DNA from: Eledone cirrhosa
Taxonomy: Eukaryota
NCBI GenBank assembly: GCA_964016885.1
Contig: OZ024757.1
Coordinates: 8,432,001-8,496,000 of the forward strand
DNA length: 64,000 bases
Direction: 5' to 3'
Of this stretch, positions 52,371 to 64,000 are shown piece by piece. The notes under the pieces were generated by a model that saw only the letters and a list, made by a program, of their open reading frames with translations, was not told the origin of the DNA and searched no databases. The position numbers and the translations under genes were made by a program. Each line of letters starts with the position of its first letter. Within the stretch, counting starts at the first letter, position 1.

Positions 52371-53630
52371 ACACCCCTCCACCTACTCTCTTGAACATAT
52401 AAATACTGTATATATATATATATGATTTCTATATATATATATATTACATACATACACTATATATAATGTTGGTCAAAGAATGGCTGAAACAGATTGACAC
52501 CAATGATGTCACAGCTCATCATTTAATGTCCAATCTGATGAGTTCCACTCCACTTGCTAAGATCTGGGATGTTGAGATTTGTTACACAAATATCACTAAA
52601 ACTAAGATACTGGGTTGGTATAACTACATGGTTTGTATGTGGTGTGGAATGATGTGTCTGTTGTGGTTTGGTATGTGGTGTATTGTGGTGTTTTGATGTG
52701 GTGTGTGTGTGCAGAGTGATGTGTTGTTGTGTGTGTGTAGTGTATTGGAGAAATTTTACAAACAGCACGTAGAAGGGGTGTGTGAGGAGTCTAACCCCTA
52801 CAACCCTCTCAGGAATGGGTGAAGAAAAAGAGAAGAAAATTGTAAAGTATTTTCAAATGTGAATTATTTTTTAAAAAGTCATAATTTGAATTCTCATGAA
52901 AGTACCATCAACAAATATTAAAGTTATAGAATTGTTTTTATTTACACATAAATGTAGATATTTTGTCACAAATATGAATATAAAACAGTTAAGGTTTATA
53001 AAATAAATACATTGATCTTGTTGTTTTTTTTATGATGTAGTTATAAGGGTGCCACTGTGGACATTTGAAGCTTGGTGGAGCTTTCACTCACCAGGTTTGA
53101 ACAGTTGATTTCTTCCAGAGAAGGAGAGAGAATGAGAGAGAGGAAGTGAGAAAGAAATATGGAGAGGAAGAACAGACCCCAGTGGTAGACTGGTACTTTT
53201 TTGTTATCAACCTTGAATAGATGAAAGGCAAAGTTGACCTCAGCAGGATTTAAACCCAGAGCAGAGAACAAGAACAAATATGGCAGAAAGCATTCCATCC
53301 ATTGTTTTATAGACTTTAAATAACTGTTTCTACTTTTAACTCAACCCCAGTGCATTACTGGTACTTTATTTTACTGAACCTCTGAGGAAGAAGAGTAAAG
53401 CTAACCTCAGCAGGATTTTAATACAGAATGTAACTTTATGACACAAAGCATATCGTCTGACACTCTACTGATTCTGCCAATCCACCACCCTCAACAATGA
53501 AATGAGGAGTCTCTATAAGAAACCTTAATGCCAAATAATATGAAGTAGAACTTCATTGTGGATTACAATACAAAACATCTGAGAATGATTTTCAACATAT
53601 TTCACCATAATAAATGTTCATCAATATATC

Positions 53631-53855
53631 TTATTATTATTATCATTTATTAGGTCAGGTGGATTGGCCAGAACAATTCTACACTTCTTTTTTAGATGTC
53701 ATGATCTTCCATGGCATTCCTGAGATCATTAATCTCCAGCTGGACATCCTGTGACATCTGATCTATGTAGGTCAAACTCAGTCATCCCACTAGGGTCTTA
53801 CTATGTTTAGGTATCTACCACAGGAGGCAGCTCATCAGGTCATCCTATCCTCAGT
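53631..53855 (-). mobile_element. 3' end of a different RTE-like LINE with a (TAA)n tail
   Basis: Minus translation includes LTYIDQMSQDVQLEINDLRNAMEDHDI, typical of an RTE C-terminus. Confidence 0.55.
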
Positions 53856-53987
53856 AGCAATATATATATTTATATATGTATATATATACACACACAGACA
53901 GACACACATATATATATTTATTTTCTTCTTTCCAGAGTGTGTCTGTATATTTGTGTGTTTCACATTTCACAGTGATGGGGTTTATCA

Positions 53988-54239
53988 CTAGTGTTGACTA
54001 CATTTGTGAACAACCAGCGAAGAATTCCATGTGAAAGATTTCCCACATATTTCACAATGGAATGGTTTCTCTCCAGTGTGACTCCGTATGTGGATGACAA
54101 GATTAGAATTATCAGTAAAAGATTTCCCACATATTTCACAGTGGAAGGGTTTTTCTCCAGTGTGTATTTTCTCGTGTGAGGTTAGTTTCAGTTTTGAAGA
54201 GAAAGTTTTCCTGCAAATCTCACAGCTATATTCAGACAT
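53988..54239 (-). pseudogene. Truncated C2H2 ZNF (2 complete fingers + 1 broken)
   Basis: [13 protein letters not shown]...[16 protein letters not shown]; stop in the third finger; a decayed fourth finger follows (~53950-53985); paralogous to the 61882 locus. Confidence 0.8.
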
Positions 54240-54480
54240 ATTTCTAGCTAGTGATCTTTACATAAAGGATTCTCACCACTTCTACTGATACATTAAGATA
54301 TGTAGATATGGTTAATAGATACCATGTAGTCTAATATACAAAGTGTCCATAAAAGACTGCAGAACTCCGCTTTCTTCTTCTACAAAGTTGTAATGTAGCA
54401 TTCAGTTGGTACAAGTAATAAGACATATGACAGCGTAAGACTGATCTTAGAGAAGAAAAAGCAAGTGCTTATATATATAT

Positions 54481-54664
54481 CATCATCATCACCGTTTTAG
54501 GTCCGTTCTTCCATTCTAGCATGGGTTAGATGTGTTGTCCTGTTGTGGGCAGTGTCCGGTCAGCTGACCTTGTCTTGCTCATACGGGAACTGATTCTGGC
54601 TTGATTTCTACAGCTGGATGCCCTTCCTAACACCAACCTCATTTACAGTGAGTGCTGGGTGCTT

Positions 54665-54665
<1 letters not shown>
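54481..54665 (-). mobile_element. RTE A-type 3'UTR fragment within (TA)n
   Basis: Matches 3061-3245; TA tracts on both sides. Confidence 0.85.
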
Positions 54666-54696
<31 letters not shown>

Positions 54697-55149
54697 TATA
54701 AGTGATTATTGTGGAGTATACCACTATTATTTTTGCTAAAGTGAGAGAAGCTCTATTCATACTAAAATCCTCAGCTCCCAAAACCGACAAATAAACTTCT
54801 ATAGTTACGGTTCTTGTTATTGAGGACAGTTCAGGTGACAAGAGAATTAATATCCATAATTTCAAAAGATGAAGGTTAATATATATACACATATATATAT
54901 ATATATACAGACATACAGTGTTTACGTATGAGAGAGAGAAATAGACGTGTGTGTAGAAATATGTGTGTACGCATTGTAATAATCAAGATATTTCACTTTA
55001 GATACTAAAAAGTTCACAATGTTTGTGTTGTGATGGAAAATGAAATAATACGTACTTTAGTTGTCAAATAAAGTCAAGAAAATTTAGTAAAAACTAATTT
55101 TTCACAGATTTCTGATTAAAAAAACATTTTCCTGTCCTGTAAAATGATC

Positions 55150-55552
55150 ACATGGCAGAAGATGGGCAGTCTGCTGTTTCTTGTTATGTAATTCTACCGG
55201 AATCTCTTCAGGAGCCTTCGAGATATTGGTCGAGGCAGTGTTGATCTGGTTCTCTATCAGTGTGGGTGTAATTCCAGTGACGTCCGAGTAGAGACTGTCG
55301 TAGTTGAGATATTGGTGGGCTCGGTTGTTGTAGGCCTCTCTGGTAATAACAAAATTATTTTCCCTTGTCCGATGAGAAGTATACAAGATTCTTAGATCTG
55401 AGGTTAACTTAGGGTAGCGAGTTGTGGTCTGGAGAGGTTGTGGTGAGTATGTGTGTGTTTTTGTAGGATCTCGAGAATAAACTCTCACAGTTAAAACTTA
55501 CCATGACTAACATCCTACAAAAACACACACATACTCCCCAAACCTCTCCAGA
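55150..55552 (-). mobile_element. Probable Penelope-like element RT-upstream fragment with a terminal inversion
   Basis: Minus strand encodes SDKGK, then (after a frameshift) VITREAYNNRAHQYLN...IENQIN, resembling the PLE DKG motif region. Inverted repeat at 55428-55469 / 55512-55551. Confidence 0.55.
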
Positions 55553-55750
55553 GGTGAAAGCAGTGATTCTTTGCTTAAACTTTAATCTGTTCTTATAATA
55601 TATATATAACCAAGTGAAAAGATATATACATATATCTTTTCACTTGGTTATATATACAGAGAGAAAGAGCCACATATTGTATAGGATATATGATATATGG
55701 CTCTTTCTCTCGCTCTATATATATATTTATATTTGTATTTGGTTGTTATG

Positions 55751-55785
<35 letters not shown>

Positions 55786-55807
55786 CTCTTTATATTTGGT
55801 TGTTATG

Positions 55808-55838
<31 letters not shown>

Positions 55839-56104
55839 CTTTATATTTGGTTGTTATGTCTCTCTCTCTCTCTATATATATATATACATATATCTTTGTA
55901 TTTGGTCGTTATGGCTCTAGATAAAATCTATTGATCTTGCTTATTGAGTAACACAAAATTCTAAACATATTTGATGTGTTTTAATTCATTATTTGAGTAT
56001 ATATATATATACAGGAAGCAAAACATGTTCTCCTTAGAGAAGATACATAGAAAATGTATAATTTTTTCCTGATATGTTGGTAGACTAGCAGGCATATATA
56101 TACG

Positions 56105-56148
<44 letters not shown>

Positions 56149-56318
56149 CATATGTATGCCTGCTAGTCACTGATCTGTCCAAATTATACAATTTCTCTGT
56201 ATTTTCTCTAAGGAGAACATGTGTTGCTTCCTGTTATACATAAAACTTTGCATCTTCGAAATATATATAATGAAATAAATAGAGATGATATAAAGTATAT
56301 ATCTTCCGTTTATTACTA

Positions 56319-56349
<31 letters not shown>

Positions 56350-57853
56350 TATATATGCCATTATAGTTTATTGTCACGGCAGGAAAACCTTTAATTATAA
56401 GTTTACTTGACCATACCAACCTGGGACTTAATTTAAGCCAGGCGGTGTTGTTTCCCTTAGCACTAATCACTGAATTAATATCCAGTAACGTCTGCTTTTC
56501 TTCTAGGTTTAGTTAAGCCTTTATCATTAACGTTACTCTATATTTACTGTTATATTTTCCCAGTAAACATAATTATCTCACAAAATATTGTATCTATGAG
56601 ATTTTGATATTATTTATTTTGGGAACAATACCTTAACATCAGCATGAGCGGCTTGTTAGGGCCAGTTAGACAGGAAAATGTCAGAGAATTCTGGCCAGAT
56701 ACGGACGGTTTAAATAAATGATTTAATAAATAACAGCTCTATTGAAACACTACTGTGTTGTTCTGAGATGATTTCAGTAGAATTTCAAATGGTAGAAGGA
56801 CAAATATATTCTACATTTACTTTAATATAGATTTAAACAAAGATGGTAGAATGACAGAATTGGTAGAGTGTCAGATAACCTACCATTGCAGTATTTGTCC
56901 TGGTTTTTAATATTCTGAGTTCAAATCCCACTGAGGTAAACTTTATATTTTATTCTTCTAGGCTAGATAAAATATATTATATGTACTACGGTTGATTTAA
57001 TAAACTTTACCCTTCCCCCAAAATTGGTGGTCTTGAGCCTAATTTACAAATCAATAGAGATTTAACAAGTTTGTTGCTTCAACTTTCTCAAAATACTTTT
57101 ATTTAGTGTGGCTAGTGCAGTAAATTGGCAATAATCGGTAGAGCGTCAGACAACAATCTTTGCATCATATAGTTATGTCCTGTTACATTCTGAGTTCAAA
57201 TTATGTGGAGGGTAGCTTTGCCTTTCATCCATACGGGGTTGATAAAATAAAGAACCAGTAATGCACTGAGATTGATTTAACTTTCCCCACGCTCAATATT
57301 ATTGGGCCTGTGCCTACATCAAATACCATTATTTACTGTGTCTAACAACACTCAGTAACCTATACTATCACTACCCCAATGATACCAGCCAAGACAGTGT
57401 CTCAAAATTCTCTCTGGCCTGCAGAAACCCAGGTACCAGTTACCTCATGCTCCTGGCTAAGGACAGAATGGAGAAAGGGTTAACCTGGAAGATAGTGAGG
57501 GAGATGTGTTGAAGTAGACATTAAAACCTCTTGGGGCCTCACAAGTTTTAAAAACAACAAAGTTCAATAGAATTTTAAACATTTCAAATACCAATGAAGT
57601 GTTTGTGTTTGATTTATTCTAACTACTTTCAAGATATCATTACATATGGTGTTCTTAACAGATAATTAGATGGGAAATTAACAAAAATATGGAATCACAG
57701 ACTGGACAAATTCCTCAAATGTAACTCTTTACTTAACAAAAATAGATTGAATTTCAGGAGATATATATAATTTAATTAATATATTATGAAAATAATTTAC
57801 TCAAAAAAGAAAGAAGAATAAAGCTAGGAAAAGACATATACATTGCATCAATC

Positions 57854-58940
57854 ACACATCACAAGAGGGAATGTTGGTGTTGACCTCTAAGATATCAGAA
57901 TCAAGACACAGCATTACCTCAGGTGATAGAGGGTCTCCCTCAATTACACATCACAAGAGGGAATGTTGGTGTTGACCTCTAGTATTTCTGAGACTAGACA
58001 GCATTACCTCAGGTGATAGAGGGTCTCCCTCAATTACACATCACAAGAGGGAATGTTGGTGTTGACCTCTAGTATTTCTGAGACTAGACAGCATTACCTC
58101 AGGTGATAGAGGGTCTCCCTCAATTACACATCACAAGAGGGAATGTTGGTGTTGACCTCTAACATATCAGAATCAAGACACAGCATTACCTCAGGTGATA
58201 GAGGGTCTCCCTCAATTACACATCACAAGAGGGAATGTTGGTGTTGACCTCTAACATATCAGAATCAAGACACAGCATTACCTCAGGTGATAGAGGGTCT
58301 CCCTCAATTACACATCACAAGAGGGAATGTTTGTGTTGACCTCTAGTATTTCTGAGACTAGATAGCATTACCTCAGGTGATAGAGGGTCTCCCTCAATTA
58401 CACATCACAAGAGGGAATGTTGGTGTTGACCTCTAACATATCAGAATCAAGACACAGCATTACCTCAGGTGATAGAGGGTCTCCCTCAATTACACATCAC
58501 AAGAGGGAATGTTGGTGTTGACCTCTAACATATCAGAATCAAGACACAGCATTACCTCAGGTGATAGAGGGTCTCCCTCAATTACACATCACAAGAGGGA
58601 ATGTTGGTGTTGACCTCTAACATATCAGAATCAAGACACAGCATTACCTCAGGTGATAGAGGGTCTCCCTCAATTACACATCACAAGAGGGAATGTTTGT
58701 GTTGACCTCTAGTATTTCTGAGACTAGATAGCATTACCTCAGGTGATAGAGGGTCTCCCTCAATTACACATCACAAGAGGGAATGTTGGTGTTGACCTCT
58801 AACATATCAGAATCAAGACACAGCATTACCTCAGGTGATAGAGGGTCTCCCTCAATTACACATCACAAGAGGGAATGTTGGTGTTGACCTCTAACATATC
58901 AGAATCAAGACACAGCATTACCTCAGGTGATAGAGAGTCT
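57854..58940 (+). repeat. Dimorphic 90/92-bp tandem repeat, 12 copies
   Basis: Constant part cagcattacctcaggtgatagagggtctccctcaattacacatcacaagagggaatgttggtgttgacctcta with two alternative variable segments. Confidence 0.95.
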
Positions 58941-59149
58941 CTCACTAATGCAATACAACAGGGAATTTTAGTTATTACCAAAAAAAAAAAAAGAAAACGT
59001 ATTTCACATTTATATCATTAAAAATGAATTTAGGAGGACAAAAGTTAGACATGGAAAGAATTTTGATTCCAGTTAAAAACATATTTAAGAAATGGAGTCG
59101 GTAGAAGTGTAATGGTTACATTTTTGATGTTGGTGGACAATAAGTTTAG

Positions 59150-61882
<2,733 letters not shown>

Positions 61883-62721
61883 ATTAATTCTTGAAGAATT
61901 CTTCGAAGTTCTGAAGATATATGACTGTGTAAGACTGATGTTGGTATAAGAAAGTGTAAGAGAGAGTGTGTGTGTGTTTGTGTCTTAATAAATGAGGATT
62001 GTTCAACACGGAGTGTAGAAAAGTACACAGTATCTGCTGTGGTAACAATACAAATAATACGTACTTTATATTTCAAGTCCAAGTGTAAAGTCAAGAAAGA
62101 CCAGGAAAGCTAATTGTTCAGATGTTGGTGATTTAGACCTATTTCTCACTGTCCTGTAAAATGTGGAGCAACCAATTCACGATGTAGCGTAGTTTCTCAT
62201 GAAATGAAATATTTAATCATGTAGGAGATGGAACACCTACCCTGGAACATGGAGCTCACTCTATGTTATCTACAGAATATTAACTTTCACCTTAACATGA
62301 GATAATTGATACACAAGATATAATTAGATTAATTAAAGTTATAATTAAGATAGTAGGTACGTGGTGTTGTTGAAAATGTTCCCGCGCTCTTAAATAAAAC
62401 CGGTGTCATACGTTAAAAGTCCCTGACCTAATTTAATACCTTTAGCCAGACCTTCAGTGACATCAATTCACTCCATCAATTGTATCCAACCCCTGGTAAA
62501 ACAAGTAGCATCTCCCAGTGAAATATTTATTACGTATCAAGCAGGGAGTCTCCTACCTGGTTACTTGACTTGGTAGAAATAGCAGCCAAATACCACTATC
62601 TACTGTCTTACAACAACAAAGACCATATTTTGCAGTTTACTCTCTCACACACGTATGTATATATATATATATATATGAGAATAAACGTGCTGTGTGGTTG
62701 CTAATGGGTTACATATGAATA

Positions 62722-62819
62722 AAGTTAGTCCATCATCAGTGATCTTCCAACCATCATTGGTATTTCATCGAGCGATGAAATACCAATGATGGTTGGAAGA
62801 TCACTGATAAAGGACTAAC

Positions 62820-62821
<2 letters not shown>
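62722..62821. repeat. Near-perfect ~49-bp-arm hairpin with a 2-nt loop
   Basis: aagttagtcc-atc-atcagtgatcttccaaccatcattggtatttcatcg AG cgatgaaataccaatgatggttggaagatcactgat-aaa-ggactaactt. Confidence 0.9.
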
Positions 62822-62888
<67 letters not shown>

Positions 62889-63023
62889 GATATGCCTCAT
62901 ATGAAATAATACAGCCAATTTTCCAGCACCCCAAACGCTTAATTAGGAATATACTCACTTATTTCCTAATGTTTGTTGAGTGAGTTGGAATTTGGCCGGA
63001 GTATCGCTAAAAAGCTTTCTCCG

Positions 63024-63103
<80 letters not shown>

Positions 63104-64000
63104 GGCACTACAACGGAATTGGCTGTCAGAAGTGAAAGTAGAAGAATGTGACGTCATTCGTCAACCTTCGTATATTTCCGTATCCCCACCACCACCATGT
63201 GTAAATAAATAAACTTTGAAATCACCTTGTTAATGCATAGTCATAGTTATAGAGTTAGAAAACAAATGAAGTTCAGGGGGCCAACACTACCGACTTTCTT
63301 AAACAAAAACAATTTAACGCGGGTAACTACAAGATAACCTTGTTTTGTAATACTGGTAGACATTGAAGAAAGTTTTCCCCATTGAGATTCTTTATGGATG
63401 GTTGATACTCAGCTGCCAGGAACACAGGAGGGAATTAGTATATAAAGTCCTTGACGATTGCTTGTGCCTTCCAAATATTTAAAATTCTCTATAATTTCCT
63501 TTTTATCAGGTCCCAAGCAGTAACACTTCGAATATTTCAATAAATATTAACCAGTTACTCCCGTTTTCGTTCTTTCTTTAATGTGGTAGAGTGTATAAGA
63601 TTTGCCTGCTATTTCTAGCAACTTCAATGACCACATAATTGGTTTGTAATTTTGTTTTAAAGTGTAAGGGTTTACACAGCCATTTATGAATTTCTCAGAG
63701 ATACGTTTACGATGAGATACACTTATTAAAAATACTTTCATTGCATAGTTCCGTTCGTAAAGGCTTTAATTTACTGTACTACTCGGGAACCTTTTAATAA
63801 CATACAGGATTAAGTCCATGTTTTAAAACCAATTAATGGTATCTGCTGTAGTAGGGGTAGCGATGGAAATATGGCGATGATTAACTCCACGCTGGGGTAT
63901 AATGTAGAATTCATATTATTCAACTTGCAAATACGTGTATTATCCCAAAGTGAAAAACCAAGTTTTACATCAACGTGGTGATTTCAAAGTTTATTTATTT

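Noticed and set aside
57854-58940. CRISPR-like repeat/spacer appearance
   Set aside because: Only two recurring variable segments, a ~70-bp constant part, no cas genes and eukaryotic context.
62690-62745. CTGATGA on the minus strand of the hairpin as a hammerhead
   Set aside because: No matching GAAA/stem III/stem I' found downstream.

Overview
This is an AT-rich animal (not prokaryotic) genomic window. The tandem C2H2 zinc-finger arrays, abundant RTE-clade LINEs, tRNA/Meta-type SINEs and (TA)n microsatellites are consistent with a coleoid cephalopod (octopus-like) ZNF cluster; the taxon is my inference. Contents: (1) a 71-bp satellite (1-6.3 kb and 16.5-21.4 kb), where the two blocks are largely inverted copies of each other; (2) more than 15 RTE LINE copies and fragments from at least 3 subfamilies, including one near-full-length copy (45.8-49.4 kb) broken by a single 1-bp deletion, with a PHD-type finger inside the RT region and most copies sitting in (TA)n tracts; (3) a duplicated ~5 kb composite of RTE + DD37D (maT) transposon + RTE; (4) three minus-strand C2H2-ZNF loci: one 17-finger ORF, one truncated, one frameshifted; (5) 34-, 53-, 112-, 115- and 90/92-bp tandem repeats; (6) many fold-back palindromes. 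The most striking non-coding signal is a ~740-bp near-palindrome (9.29-10.03 kb) in which each arm carries a complete minimal type I hammerhead ribozyme with a palindromic stem III, as known from Penelope-like element pseudo-LTRs. Boundaries were read by eye and are approximate. Most short ORFs in the track are antisense or microsatellite artefacts.
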